Assembly: GCF_035703485.1 (NCBI RefSeq)
Contig: NZ_DASSYD010000207.1
Location: 8,126 to 72,125, forward strand
Source: Dokdonella sp.
GTDB taxonomy: Bacteria; Pseudomonadota; Gammaproteobacteria; Xanthomonadales; Rhodanobacteraceae
Direction: 5' to 3'
Length of the DNA stretch: 64,000 nt
Shown here in pieces: positions 8,773-19,030 of the stretch. The notes below the pieces were generated by a model. That model was not told the DNA's origin, did no database searches, and saw nothing but the letters and a program-made list of their open reading frames with translations. Positions within the stretch are counted from its first letter, which is position 1. The number at the start of each line of letters is the position of its first letter. A program made the position numbers and the translations under genes.

Positions 8773-9699
8773 TCACTGGTCGCGAAGTTTGCCCAGTATT
8801 TCGCCCGCACCACGCTCCAGCAACAAACCGGCGACCTGCTCACCGAGAGCGACACCCTGGTCACGACCGGAGATTTCCACCTGGGCGCGGATCAGTTGGC
8901 CATTTTCCGCATTGCCGACCAGGCCATATAGCGCGAGCCCGCTTTCGGTTTCGACGCAATAGCCGGCAATTGGCACGTTGCAACTGCCATGCAGGCGGCG
9001 ATTCATCGCGCGCTCGCACTCGACACAACGTCGGGTGATCGCGTCATCGAGCACGCCAACCAGATTGGCGACGCGCTCGTCTCCGATTCGCTGCTCGATC
9101 GCGATTGCACCCTGGGCGACGGCCGGCAGCCAATCGGGCGCAACCAGACGCGAGCGGATACGTTCACCGAGACCGAGTCGCTCAATACCTGCACAGGCCA
9201 GGATGATCGCGTCGTAGTCGCCAACATCAAGTTTTGCCAGGCGCGTATTCACGTTGCCGCGAAGATCCCGCAACTCAAGATCGGGTCGCAGCGCACGCAA
9301 CTGGGCTTGTCGGCGCAGCGACGAGGTACCCACGCGCGCACCCGCTGGCAGCTGATCGAGACGCATATACGTATTGCTGATGAAGGCATCCGCGGCATCG
9401 GCACGTTCCAGAACGGCACCGATCGAGAAGCCCGGCTCAAGGTCCATCGGCACGTCCTTGAGCGAGTGCACGGCGATGTCGGCGCGATCCTCAAGCATGG
9501 CGACTTCGAGTTCCTTGAGAAACAAACCCTTGCCGCCAATCTGGGCCAGCGGCCGATCCTGTACCTGGTCGCCACGCGTGGTCATCGGCACCAGTTCGAT
9601 ATCCAGCTGCGGATGCACAGCGCGCAGTCGCGTGGCGACATGTTCGGCCTGCCACAGGGCTAAAGCACTTTCACGGGTGGCGATGCGAATTCGATTCAA
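8773..9699 (-). CDS. hemC: Hydroxymethylbilane synthase (porphobilinogen deaminase)
   Basis: [17 protein letters not shown]...MTTRGD...[11 protein letters not shown]...AVHSLKDVP is the classic HemC sequence. The start appears to be TTG, overlapping the algR stop. Confidence 0.95.
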   Translation of the reverse strand: MNRIRIATRESALALWQAEHVATRLRAVHPQLDIELVPMTTRGDQVQDRPLAQIGGKGLFLKELEVAMLEDRADIAVHSLKDVPMDLEPGFSIGAVLERADAADAFISNTYMRLDQLPAGARVGTSSLRRQAQLRALRPDLELRDLRGNVNTRLAKLDVGDYDAIILACAGIERLGLGERIRSRLVAPDWLPAVAQGAIAIEQRIGDERVANLVGVLDDAITRRCVECERAMNRRLHGSCNVPIAGYCVETESGLALYGLVGNAENGQLIRAQVEISGRDQGVALGEQVAGLLLERGAGEILGKLRDQ

Positions 9700-10430
9700 A
9701 GCGTACGTACCAGTTTGCGGAGGGCGGGCAGATTGCGGCGGCTGACTTCGAGTTCGGCGTCAACGTTGTCGAGTTTTGCCAGCACGCGACCGTCAGCGGC
9801 ACGGGTCAGACCGGCCAGCTTGTTGAGTGCGACCAGACAGTTTCGATGAATGCGCACGAAGCGTTCACCGAACTCGACCTCCAGGGCCTTCAACGATTCC
9901 TCGATCAGCACTTCGCTACCAGCATGATGGACGACGACATACTTGTCCTCGGCGAGCAGATAATCGATATCGACGATCGGCACGAGCACGAGACTGCCAC
10001 GAACTCGTGCGCACAGATGGCTGCGTTGACGCCGGGTCGAGTCGTCATTGTCCAGAGCATGAAGCACTTCGTGGTTGAATCGCCCGGCACGCTCCAGAGC
10101 CATGCGCAGGCGCTCGATACGAATCGGCTTGACCAGGTAGTCGACCGCATTGGCGTCAAAGGCGGCCAGCGCGTGCTCATCGTACGCCGTGCAGAAAACG
10201 ATGGCGGGTGGATGCTCGAATGATCCCAGATGGCGGGCAGCCTCAAGTCCATCCATGCGCGGCATGCGGATATCCAGCAACAGCAGATCAGGGCGATGCG
10301 CCTCAACCGCTTCGATCGCTTCACGGCCATCGCGCGCTTCGGCGATAACCTCGACCGAGCCGATTTCGCCAAGCAGATCAATCAGGCGTTCGCGCGCCAA
10401 CGCTTCGTCATCGACAACGATCGCCCTCAT
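9696..10430 (-). CDS. algR: LytTR-family response regulator (AlgR-like)
   Basis: Receiver domain [16 protein letters not shown]...[13 protein letters not shown] plus a C-terminal LytTR domain. The algZ-algR-hemC order matches Pseudomonas/Xanthomonadales. Confidence 0.8.
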   Translation of the reverse strand: MRAIVVDDEALARERLIDLLGEIGSVEVIAEARDGREAIEAVEAHRPDLLLLDIRMPRMDGLEAARHLGSFEHPPAIVFCTAYDEHALAAFDANAVDYLVKPIRIERLRMALERAGRFNHEVLHALDNDDSTRRQRSHLCARVRGSLVLVPIVDIDYLLAEDKYVVVHHAGSEVLIEESLKALEVEFGERFVRIHRNCLVALNKLAGLTRAADGRVLAKLDNVDAELEVSRRNLPALRKLVRTL

Positions 10431-11464
10431 CGTCTGGTTGCCTCCGGAAGCCTGACGGTCACCGTGAACTCTCCGCGTGATGGCTGCACGATCAGCGCGG
10501 CCTTGTCACCAAAATGGTACTCGATGCGCGCACGCACATTATCGACCGCGTGGGCGTTGCGCGGATGTGCCACATCATCGGGGACCGGATTGCGCACGAC
10601 AATTTCGATTGTGCCCTGCTGGCGGGTCGCATGCATGCTCAGGGTTCCGCCTTCGGGCATGCGCTGGATGCCGTGATAGACGGCGTTCTCGACCAGAGGC
10701 TGCAGCAGCAAGGGAGGCATCGGCATGTCGCGTGGCAGCGCACTGAGATCCATGTCCAGCTTCAGGCGATCAGCAAGGCGCAGGCTTTCAATGCGCAGAT
10801 AGTGGCCAATCAGATCAAGCTCTTCACCCAGTGTACCGAGCATTTCGCGCGTGCCAAGCGCGGCGCGAAAAAGATCGGAAAGATCTTCGACCGCGCGCTC
10901 GGCATCGGCCGGACGCTTGCGGATGAGACTGGCGATCGTGTTCATGCTGTTGAACAGGAAGTGCGGCCGGATACGCGCCTGCAAGGCATCCACCTGTGCC
11001 TTGGCCGCAGCGTTGACGCGCTCCTGCCAGAGTTCGCGAACGTACAGATAGCGCAGCAGGGCGGCGGCGATCAGCGCGCAGATTGCCGCATTGCCGAGTG
11101 AGAAACGCCAGATTGCGCCAGCCGGTGCGGTCAACCCGAAACCCAGCGCATGATCCATCGAATAGACAACGGCGCTGCCCAATGCTGTCGTTGTCACCGC
11201 GAGCGCCCAGGCAATCACGAAACCAGGCCACGGCGAAAGCCGCTCAAGCAGTTCACGCGACGAACACAGCACGACCGCATTGAGCAAGGCCAGCCATTGC
11301 ACAAAGACGCTGGCAATGGCGAGTTCGTTGATCCATGAACTCGCCACCCGAGCCGGAGCCATGGCGATGACCAGAGCAACAATCTCGGCAACCACCATCA
11401 GTGCAAACAGCGTTGGCAAACTGCAGAACTGCGGCAACCAGTGGTGTTTGTCAGATTGGCTCAT
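10427..11464 (-). CDS. algZ: LytS/AlgZ(FimS)-type sensor histidine kinase
   Basis: Hydrophobic N-terminal half, then the His-kinase block RIRPHFLFNSMNTIASL and an ATPase region (VENAVYHG). ATGA overlap with algR. Confidence 0.75.
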   Translation of the reverse strand: MSQSDKHHWLPQFCSLPTLFALMVVAEIVALVIAMAPARVASSWINELAIASVFVQWLALLNAVVLCSSRELLERLSPWPGFVIAWALAVTTTALGSAVVYSMDHALGFGLTAPAGAIWRFSLGNAAICALIAAALLRYLYVRELWQERVNAAAKAQVDALQARIRPHFLFNSMNTIASLIRKRPADAERAVEDLSDLFRAALGTREMLGTLGEELDLIGHYLRIESLRLADRLKLDMDLSALPRDMPMPPLLLQPLVENAVYHGIQRMPEGGTLSMHATRQQGTIEIVVRNPVPDDVAHPRNAHAVDNVRARIEYHFGDKAALIVQPSRGEFTVTVRLPEATRR

Positions 11465-11552
11465 GCCAACTCCGGCAAGGGAGGATCGAGCCCGGATTAT
11501 TCATCAATTGCGCATGACTTCGCTTGTCCATTGAATCGACACGGCATTTCGT

Positions 11553-12227
11553 TCATTCGGCGATCGTGGTGAGGCGCTCACCGATCCAGCGGCGCAGGTC
11601 GGCGATCTCCTCGGCGCACACCTGATGCGCCATCGGATAGCTGTGCCATTCAACCGGGTAACCGAGACCGCGCAGAAAATCACGACTGAGCATTCCAAGT
11701 GCCTGAGGCACGACCGGATCCATGCTGCCATGGGCGATGAACAGCGGCACTTTGGCATTCGCCGCCGAGCGCTCTTCGGCAAGCTGCTTGTCGAGTGGAA
11801 GGTATCCGGACAGGGCGATGATTCCAGCCAGGGCTTCGGTGTGGCGAAGGCCGCCAGACAACACCATTGCCGCACCTTGCGAAAACCCGGCGAGGAAGAT
11901 TCGAGAAGAGGCAATGCCGCGAGCGTTTTCGCGAGCAATCAATGCATCGAGATGAATCATCGAGGCACGAATGCCGGCTTCGTCCTGCTTGTTGGCGATC
12001 TCCATGCCGGAGATGTCGTACCAGGCGCGCATCGACATGCCGCCATTGATCGTGATCGGGCGCTTTGGTGCATGCGGAAAAATGAAGCGTATCGATGGCC
12101 AGTCCTTTGCCACCAGCTCAGGCACGATCGGGCCAAAATCATTGCCGTCAGCACCGAGGCCATGCAGCCAGATCACCGAGAATCGGGGATTGTCCGCGGT
12201 TTCAATCTGTACACAATCAAGCAGCAT
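11553..12227 (-). CDS. Alpha/beta-hydrolase carboxylesterase/phospholipase family protein
   Basis: Start trimmed to MLLDCVQIETADNPRFSVIWLHGLGADGNDF (AAGGAA RBS upstream). Nucleophile motif GFSQGAAM and the late HGSMDPVVP block are present. Confidence 0.8.
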   Translation of the reverse strand: MLLDCVQIETADNPRFSVIWLHGLGADGNDFGPIVPELVAKDWPSIRFIFPHAPKRPITINGGMSMRAWYDISGMEIANKQDEAGIRASMIHLDALIARENARGIASSRIFLAGFSQGAAMVLSGGLRHTEALAGIIALSGYLPLDKQLAEERSAANAKVPLFIAHGSMDPVVPQALGMLSRDFLRGLGYPVEWHSYPMAHQVCAEEIADLRRWIGERLTTIAE

Positions 12228-12381
12228 CGTTGTTCCTTGGTTGATCAGTGAACGGCAGGCTGCACGAATCTCTGCGCCGTGCCAAGGGCAGCCCTGGTCA
12301 AGGCCCGAGACTTTCGGCGCATGGCCTCGACCAGACGACCGGTTATCCTTGGTGGCTTGATCCCGCCTGGAGACTCCATCG

Positions 12382-14766
12382 ATGTCCCGACTCGCTGTTG
12401 CCGCCTTGTGCGCCCTGCTGCCGCTTTTCGCCGCACCCGCGCACGCCATCACTCTTGATCAGGCCATGGCCAATCCGGACTGGATCGGGCCACCCGTAGA
12501 AGCTCCGTACTGGAGTGTCGATGGCAAATCGATCTACTACTCGCTGAAGCGCAAGGGCTCAAGCGTACGTGACTTGCACCGGATTGATCCGGCCAATGGC
12601 AACGACGTGATCATCGATCCTTCCTTGATGGCCAATGCCGATGGTGCGGACGCTGTTTTCACAGCCGATCGCCGACTGGCTGCCTTCATTCGCAACGGTG
12701 ACGTCTTTGTGCGCAACGTTTCCAGCGGTGAGTTGCGCCAGATCACCCGATCCCCGGAAACGGAAACCTCCTTGCAGTTCTCGGCCGATGATCGCGCCGT
12801 GCAGTTTCGTGTCGGCAACGACTGGTTCATCAGCAGCCTCAGCGGCAACGTCATTGCTCCCGCTGCCGTGGTCCTGACCGAGAAGGATCCCGAGGACAAG
12901 AAGCCCGATGATCTCGGCGAAATGCAGCTGCGCCTGTTTTCGACCCTGCGCGACATCAAGGCCGATCGCGAAGCCAAGAAAGCCGACAAGGAAGCCTTCA
13001 GCAAGGGCGATCCGACACGCTCACCGCTGCCGTTCTATCTCGGCGACGAGGTCAAGATCGAAGGCACGTCGCTGTCACCGGATGCTCGCCATCTGCTGAT
13101 CGTGACCCGTGACAAGGGTTACGACGAAGGCAAGATCGCCAAACTTCAGCACTACGTGACCGATTCCGGCTACGAGGAGCAGGAAGATGAGCGCGTTCGA
13201 GTTGGCCGCAATCCCTCGGCACCTCAAACCATTTGGCTGCTCGACCTCGTCGCGCATACCCAGCACAAGCTGTCGCTGGCCGATTTGCCCGGGATCGCCG
13301 ACGACCCGCTGGCGAAAATCCGCGAGGAAAACCGCAAGGCCGGCCTGAGCCGGGACGATGCAAAAAAGGACGACAGCAAGGCGAAAGCGGACAAGCAGCG
13401 CGGCGTCACCGTGCCCGAGGCTATCTGGAGCCGCGAGGGCCGCCAGGTCGCGGTGCAATTGCGCGCAATCGACAACAAGGATCGCTGGATTGCCACGGTC
13501 GACTTCGCCAGCAACCGTCTGCTCAACCAGCATCGCCTGAATGACCCAGCCTGGATCAACTGGTCATTCAATGACTTCGGCTGGAGCAAGGACAACCGCA
13601 GCCTGTGGTATCTGTCCGAAGAATCCGGCTATTCGCAGCTTTACAGCAAGATTCCGGGAGGCAAGGCCAGGCAATTGACCTCGGGCAAGTTCGAGATCTC
13701 CTGGCCGCAGTTGTCCGCTGATGGCGCCTGGTTCTATGTCCGGGCCAATGTCGAAGCGCCCTACTCCTACGATGTCTATCGCGTCGCGACGACGGGCGGC
13801 AAGCTGCAACGGATCAGTTCGGTCAAGGGCATGGACGGTTTCACCCTTTCGCCGGATGGCAGCCAGATCGCCCTGCAGCAATCCTCCACCTATGTTCCAC
13901 CCCAGCTCGGCGTGGTCGCGGCCGACGGCGGCACCTCGAAGCAATTGACCGATACCCGCAGCGCCGAGTACAAGGCCTTCACCTGGCCCAAGCTCGACAT
14001 CGTCGAAGTACCGTCTTCACATGTGAAGGCACCAATCTATTCCAAGTTCTACCTGCCTGCCGATTTCGATCCGACGAAGAAATATCCGGCGGTTCTGTTC
14101 GTCCACGGTGCCGGCTACCTGCAGAACACCGAGTTGAGCTATCCGAACTACTTCCGCGAACAGTTGTTTCACAACCTGCTGACCTCGAAAGGCTATGTCG
14201 TGCTCGATATGGACTATCGCGCCTCGGCCGGCTACGGACGCGACTGGCGCACGGCGATCTACCGCAACATGGGTCATCCCGAACTTGAAGATCTGATCGA
14301 TGGCGTCAACTGGCTGGTCGGCAATCATTCGGTAGACGCCAAACGCATTGGCGTCTACGGCGGCTCCTACGGTGGCTTCATGTCGCTGATGGCGATGTTC
14401 CGCGCGCCGGATGTGTTTGCCGCCGGTGCCGCGCTGCGACCGGTCACCGACTGGACTTCGTACAACCACGAATACACCTCGAACATCCTCAATACGCCAC
14501 AGGTCGACCCGCTGGCCTATCGGCGCTCGTCACCGATCGAATTCGCCGACGGCCTCAAGGGCGGCCTGCTGATCGCCCACGGCATGATCGATGACAACGT
14601 GCTGTTCCAGGATTCGGTACGTCTGTATCAGCGCCTGATCGAACTGCGCAAGGACGATTTCGAGTTGTCCGGCTATCCACTGGAACGTCACGGCTTCGTC
14701 CATTCCGATTCCTGGTATGACGAATACCGACGCATCCTCAAGCTGTTCGAGACCCATCTCAAATAG
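12382..14766 (+). CDS. Secreted S9-family serine peptidase (prolyl oligopeptidase/DPP-IV type)
   Basis: Signal peptide MSRLAVAALCALLPLFAAPAHA, a beta-propeller-like N-terminal two-thirds, and a C-terminal catalytic domain with GGSYGGFM (Ser), a late Asp and HGF (His). Confidence 0.85.
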   Translation: MSRLAVAALCALLPLFAAPAHAITLDQAMANPDWIGPPVEAPYWSVDGKSIYYSLKRKGSSVRDLHRIDPANGNDVIIDPSLMANADGADAVFTADRRLAAFIRNGDVFVRNVSSGELRQITRSPETETSLQFSADDRAVQFRVGNDWFISSLSGNVIAPAAVVLTEKDPEDKKPDDLGEMQLRLFSTLRDIKADREAKKADKEAFSKGDPTRSPLPFYLGDEVKIEGTSLSPDARHLLIVTRDKGYDEGKIAKLQHYVTDSGYEEQEDERVRVGRNPSAPQTIWLLDLVAHTQHKLSLADLPGIADDPLAKIREENRKAGLSRDDAKKDDSKAKADKQRGVTVPEAIWSREGRQVAVQLRAIDNKDRWIATVDFASNRLLNQHRLNDPAWINWSFNDFGWSKDNRSLWYLSEESGYSQLYSKIPGGKARQLTSGKFEISWPQLSADGAWFYVRANVEAPYSYDVYRVATTGGKLQRISSVKGMDGFTLSPDGSQIALQQSSTYVPPQLGVVAADGGTSKQLTDTRSAEYKAFTWPKLDIVEVPSSHVKAPIYSKFYLPADFDPTKKYPAVLFVHGAGYLQNTELSYPNYFREQLFHNLLTSKGYVVLDMDYRASAGYGRDWRTAIYRNMGHPELEDLIDGVNWLVGNHSVDAKRIGVYGGSYGGFMSLMAMFRAPDVFAAGAALRPVTDWTSYNHEYTSNILNTPQVDPLAYRRSSPIEFADGLKGGLLIAHGMIDDNVLFQDSVRLYQRLIELRKDDFELSGYPLERHGFVHSDSWYDEYRRILKLFETHLK

Positions 14767-14804
14767 TTCAAGGGCGACGCCCAACCGAGGTTGACTTCCG
14801 GACA

Positions 14805-14835
14805 CAAAAAACCCCGCCGAAGCGGGGTTTTTCTT
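14805..14835. terminator. Bidirectional rho-independent terminator between convergent genes
   Basis: aaaaaaccccgc-cgaa-gcggggttttt is a GC stem flanked by A-run and T-run. Confidence 0.85.
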
Positions 14836-14851
14836 TAATCCAAAGTAGCTA

Positions 14852-15703
14852 TCAATTCATGCGACGGCGACGCAGACCTGCGAAGCCGAACAGGGCAAGC
14901 AGGGCGCCAAGACCGATCATCGCGCTGGTGCCGAGCGATGGAAGCTCGATCGCTGGTGCAGCCGGTGCGCCGGCGGTACCTTCTTCAATCGCGACGCGGT
15001 CAATACCGATATAGTTCGAACTGGCTCCGGCAGGGCCCGCATTGTGCACGTAGTAGCGGAATGCCACGCGCCCGGTGCCACTGGTCGGCAAGCCATCAGT
15101 ATTGGTGAGCGTGAACTGCGTCCAGGTGTCGGGGTAGCCACCAGCGACCTCGCCAGCATTGATGTCGGTCAAAAGCGTTGCAAAGTCGCCCGTTCCTTCA
15201 CCGGCCGCGCCAAAATTCGCGCATGGCATTGCTGCGCAAACACGGACCTGCAAACGATCAGGAAATATGGAGCCGGTGGTCGTTCGTGTATAGAACGACA
15301 CTGTCGCTCCTGTTCCGAAATTGATCGGTGGCGTTACCATCCAGTTGCTGATGATGCCTGAACCACCATCTCCACCGCCGTCAGTATTATTAAAATTTGC
15401 GCCAATATAAGCATCTGTCGCTCCGTCAAATGCCGTAAAGACGGTGTCATTGCCTTGAAACCAGTCGGTAGTTCCGACTCCATCACTGTTGTTGTTCAAC
15501 GTCCACCCGGCACCCGCAAGCGTGGTGATGTCATCAAAACCTTGATCAACAACGATGGCCAATGGCGCCGGGTTGGCGTTTGGTACGGTGGTGTCTGGCG
15601 TTACCGCCCCTCGTGCGGAAAAATCGCCCGGTGCCGCAATCGCGCCTTGCGCAAGACAAAACGCAGCACTTGCAACTGCTAATGTAATTTTATTCATATT
15701 CAT
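14852..15703 (-). CDS. Secreted protein with a PEP-CTERM/IPTL-CTERM-like C-terminal sorting tail (N-terminal region resembles choice-of-anchor domains)
   Basis: Signal peptide MNMNKITLAVASAAFCLAQGAIA. The C-terminus is ...IELPSLGTSAMIGLGALLALFGFAGLRRRRMN (short motif, TM helix, Arg cluster). The domain assignment is from memory and is tentative. Confidence 0.6.
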   Translation of the reverse strand: MNMNKITLAVASAAFCLAQGAIAAPGDFSARGAVTPDTTVPNANPAPLAIVVDQGFDDITTLAGAGWTLNNNSDGVGTTDWFQGNDTVFTAFDGATDAYIGANFNNTDGGGDGGSGIISNWMVTPPINFGTGATVSFYTRTTTGSIFPDRLQVRVCAAMPCANFGAAGEGTGDFATLLTDINAGEVAGGYPDTWTQFTLTNTDGLPTSGTGRVAFRYYVHNAGPAGASSNYIGIDRVAIEEGTAGAPAAPAIELPSLGTSAMIGLGALLALFGFAGLRRRRMN

Positions 15704-16074
15704 GTCACCCCAAATTCATTGATTTCACCTGGATTCAATCCCTGGTCGCTTGCAACTCCATAAATGCTTGACGCTACGTGGAAAATTGGAATCAGTGCGA
15801 GCCTGACAGCCCAACTTTAGAACGCAACTTGTGAAGCTAGCAGGTAGCTCGCAGTCAAACAACATCAATTTGACGGGCGGCGTGGCGGAAGCACCCGCAA
15901 AAAGGCCGATATGAGGCACCTTGCGGCCAGAATCGGCAACGAAACTGTGACCGTGTTCAGCATTGATTGCTGCAGCGCAAGAGAGAATGTTAAGCACTCG
16001 TTATTCCAGTTTCGTCGGAACTTTGTTAGTCTGCACATGAGGTTCACTGGATAACCTCATGATGGTGTTGATAA

Positions 16075-16533
16075 ATGTCGCTCTCATTACTACTGACAAC
16101 GCTGCTTTCCGTGACCGCTCTGGTCTCAGTTTGCGTGCGCCGTATTCCCGAAGGACAGGTCTATTCGTTGCGCCGTCTCGGCGGACACACCCGTTTCGTC
16201 GGCGCTGGCACGCATTTCATCCTGCCGCTGGTAGAGCGCATTTCGCACAAGATGAGCCTGACCGGCAGTCGTATCGATATCAATGCACCACTGTATTCGG
16301 GCGAGAACTGTCAAGCCTCGGTCTATTTCCAGGTCCTGGACCCGCAGCGCGCCGATCACGTCATCGAATCGGTCGAACCGCTACTGCGTGATCGAGCGAC
16401 TCACCTGCTGGCCAGCGATTCCGCCCCGGTAGATCAGCTCGAATGTCGACTCTGGCTCAAGCAGGGTCTGAATTCCGAGGTCCGCGAGCGCGGCCTGTTG
16501 GTCACCCGCATCGATCTGCGCCGCGCCGCCTGA
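16075..16533 (+). CDS. Short SPFH/band-7-like membrane protein (152 aa)
   Basis: N-terminal TM, then RRIPEGQVYSLRRLGGHTRFVGAGTHFILPLVERISHKMSL...VYFQVLDP, which fits the SPFH pattern. It is much shorter than canonical members. Confidence 0.5.
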   Translation: MSLSLLLTTLLSVTALVSVCVRRIPEGQVYSLRRLGGHTRFVGAGTHFILPLVERISHKMSLTGSRIDINAPLYSGENCQASVYFQVLDPQRADHVIESVEPLLRDRATHLLASDSAPVDQLECRLWLKQGLNSEVRERGLLVTRIDLRRAA

Positions 16534-16602
16534 TCGATCTGTCAGCTGGATTTTGCCTGGCTGCGCCGCGATACTGGCCCCCCTTTCGATTCCGAGCGAC
16601 CC

Positions 16603-17262
16603 ATGTCCGACCGCGAACCGCTGCGGCAGCGGCTGCGTGCGGGGCTGACGACGCTGAAGCTTGAGCTGGATGATTCGACCGTCGAGAAGCTTCTCGATTA
16701 CGTTGATCTGTTGCTGCGCTGGAATGCCGCCTACAATCTGACAGCCGTGCGTGATGCGGGCGAAATGGTCACCCGGCATCTGCTCGATTCGCTGGTCGTG
16801 CTGCCTTTTGTCTCCGGCAGCACCCTGGCTGATGTTGGGACGGGCGCAGGCATTCCAGGCATCCCATTGGCATTGGCCAAACCCGGTCTCAGGGTTCATT
16901 TGGTCGACTCCAATGGCAAGAAGGCACGGTTTCTGCGCGAAGCAGTGCGCCAGCTGAAACTGGATGGCACCCAGGTCGAGGAATGCCGGGTCGAGGCGGT
17001 TACTGGCGAATTTGATTGCATCACCGCTCGTGCATTCGCGACACTGGCCGATATGCTGGCTTGGGGAGGTCATCTGCTTGCTGAGAAGGGTCGCTGGCTG
17101 GCACTCAAGGGGCGATTCCCGCAGGATGAGCTCGACAATCTGCCAGTCGGTTTCTCGATCGAGGCAGTGCATCGACTCGATGTGCCCGGCCTCGACGCCG
17201 AGCGCCATCTGGTCATCATCAAACGCAGTGCAGACGGATCGCCTGCCCGGAAGAACTCATGA
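16603..17262 (+). CDS. rsmG: 16S rRNA (guanine527-N7)-methyltransferase
   Basis: LLDYVDLLLRWNAAYNLTAVRD...HLLDSL...DVGTGAGIPGIPLAL matches GidB/RsmG. It precedes parA-parB. Confidence 0.9.
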   Translation: MSDREPLRQRLRAGLTTLKLELDDSTVEKLLDYVDLLLRWNAAYNLTAVRDAGEMVTRHLLDSLVVLPFVSGSTLADVGTGAGIPGIPLALAKPGLRVHLVDSNGKKARFLREAVRQLKLDGTQVEECRVEAVTGEFDCITARAFATLADMLAWGGHLLAEKGRWLALKGRFPQDELDNLPVGFSIEAVHRLDVPGLDAERHLVIIKRSADGSPARKNS

Positions 17263-18050
17263 CACGCATCATCGCCGTCGCAAACCAGAAAGGCGGGGTT
17301 GGCAAGACAACCACCGCCGTAAACCTCGCCGCCGCACTCGCCGAGACACGCCGACGCGTGCTTCTGGTCGATCTCGACCCGCAAGGCAATGCAACGATGG
17401 CCGCCGGCGTCGACAAGCGTTCGGCCAAACCCAATGGCTGCGATGTACTGCTTGAGGAAGCCGCCATCGAGGATGCCATCGTCAAGACCGAGGGTGGATT
17501 CGATTTGTTGCCTGGCAGCGGCGACCTGACCGCCGCCGAGATCAAGCTGATGGACGCACTGGCCCGTGAACACCGGCTCAAGGAGCAACTCGACAAACTC
17601 GGTGATCACTACCACACGATTCTGATCGACTGCCCACCTTCCCTGCACCTGCTCACGTTGAACGCTCTGACTGCGGCGGACGGCGTGCTGATTCCGATGC
17701 AGTGTGAATATTTCGCGCTCGAAGGACTTTCGAGTCTGGTCGACACGATCAAGGCCGTGCGCAAGCGGCTCAATCCCGGACTCGAAATCGAAGGCCTGCT
17801 GCGCACCATGTACGACGTGCGCAACAATCTCAGCAACGATGTCTCGGCACAGTTGCACAAGCATTTCGGCGAAAAGCTGCTGCGCTCGATCATCCCGCGC
17901 AATATTCGCCTGGCCGAAGCACCAAGCCACGGCAAGCCGATCAATCTTTATGATCGCGAATCACGCGGAGCAATTGCCTATCTCGGCCTCGCCGGCGAGA
18001 TGCTTCGTCGCGAGCGCGCCGCATCCACCACTGCAGCAACAGCCAGCTAG
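17259..18050 (+). CDS. parA: Chromosome partitioning ATPase ParA/Soj
   Basis: Deviant Walker A in IIAVANQKGGVGKTTTAVNLA, then DLDPQGNAT. ATGA overlap with rsmG. Confidence 0.9.
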   Translation: MTRIIAVANQKGGVGKTTTAVNLAAALAETRRRVLLVDLDPQGNATMAAGVDKRSAKPNGCDVLLEEAAIEDAIVKTEGGFDLLPGSGDLTAAEIKLMDALAREHRLKEQLDKLGDHYHTILIDCPPSLHLLTLNALTAADGVLIPMQCEYFALEGLSSLVDTIKAVRKRLNPGLEIEGLLRTMYDVRNNLSNDVSAQLHKHFGEKLLRSIIPRNIRLAEAPSHGKPINLYDRESRGAIAYLGLAGEMLRRERAASTTAATAS

Positions 18051-18061
18051 GACATACCGCC

Positions 18062-18940
18062 ATGGCAGCAAAAAAACGCGGGCTTGGGCTCGGGCGCGGG
18101 CTAGATGCCCTGCTTGGCAACGACGACGATGCCGCCGAATCCGCATCAGTCACATCGAACAACGAAGGCGAGCTGCGTTCGCTGGCGATCAGCGCGATCA
18201 GCGCCGGCAAATACCAGCCACGCCGCCATTTCGATGAGGACCTGCTGCAGGAACTGGCCGAATCGATCAAGTCCCAGGGCGTGATCGAACCGGTCATCGT
18301 GCGCAGTGCGGGCAAGGGCCGTTTTGAACTAATCGCCGGCGAACGCCGCTGGCGCGCAAGCCAACTCGCAGGACTTTCCGAAATCCCCGCCCTGGTTCGC
18401 GATATCGATGATCGCGCCGCGATCGCGATCGCCCTGATCGAGAACATCCAGCGCGAAGACCTCTCGCCACTGGAAGAGGCGCAGTCACTGGCGCGCCTGA
18501 TCGCCGAATTCAAACTGACCCATCAACAAGCTGCCGATGCCGTGGGCCGTTCGCGTGCCTCGGTATCGAATCTGCTGCGCCTGCTCGATCTGCCCGATGA
18601 AATTCGCGCAATGCTCGACAACGGCAAGCTCGAAATGGGCCACGCTCGCGCTCTGCTCACCCTGCCCGCAGCTCGTGCTGTCGCCCTCGCACGCAAGTCC
18701 ATCGACAACGACTGGAACGTCCGCGAACTTGAGCAAGCGGTGCGCAACGCCACCGAGCTGCCCAAGGGCAAGGTAGCCAAGCCGAAGCGCGATGCCGATA
18801 TCGAATCTCTGGAAAACGAGCTCGGCGAGAAGCTCGGCGCGCGCGTCGCCATCAACCATGGTCGCGGCGGCGGCGGCAAGCTGGTCATCAGCTATCACAG
18901 TCTTGATGAGCTGGACGGCATCCTCGGTCGCATTCGCTGA
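18062..18940 (+). CDS. parB: Chromosome partitioning protein ParB/Spo0J
   Basis: KKRGLGRGLDALL, the ParB box GERRWRASQLAGL, and the HTH QQAADAVGRSRASVSNLLRLL. Confidence 0.9.
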   Translation: MAAKKRGLGLGRGLDALLGNDDDAAESASVTSNNEGELRSLAISAISAGKYQPRRHFDEDLLQELAESIKSQGVIEPVIVRSAGKGRFELIAGERRWRASQLAGLSEIPALVRDIDDRAAIAIALIENIQREDLSPLEEAQSLARLIAEFKLTHQQAADAVGRSRASVSNLLRLLDLPDEIRAMLDNGKLEMGHARALLTLPAARAVALARKSIDNDWNVRELEQAVRNATELPKGKVAKPKRDADIESLENELGEKLGARVAINHGRGGGGKLVISYHSLDELDGILGRIR

Positions 18941-19030
18941 GATTTGGGCTGAACGAAGAGATCGGCGATAATTGTCGGCTTGATCGACAATCGTGTTGGC
19001 TGTCGATCGTCTCCTCACAGGATCCGGGCC

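Noticed and set aside
14015-14028. 14-bp palindrome CTTCACATGTGAAG as a possible parS site (parAB are nearby)
   Set aside because: The core differs from the parS consensus (tGTTNCACGTGAAACa) and it lies inside the S9 peptidase gene. No better parS match was spotted by eye in or around parAB. A proper matrix scan would be needed.
15704-16602. oriC next to rsmG-parA-parB
   Set aside because: Only one weak DnaA-box-like 9-mer (cTGGATAAc, near 16048) was seen, with no cluster of TTATCCACA boxes or AT-rich 13-mers. gidA/mnmG and dnaA are not in the window.
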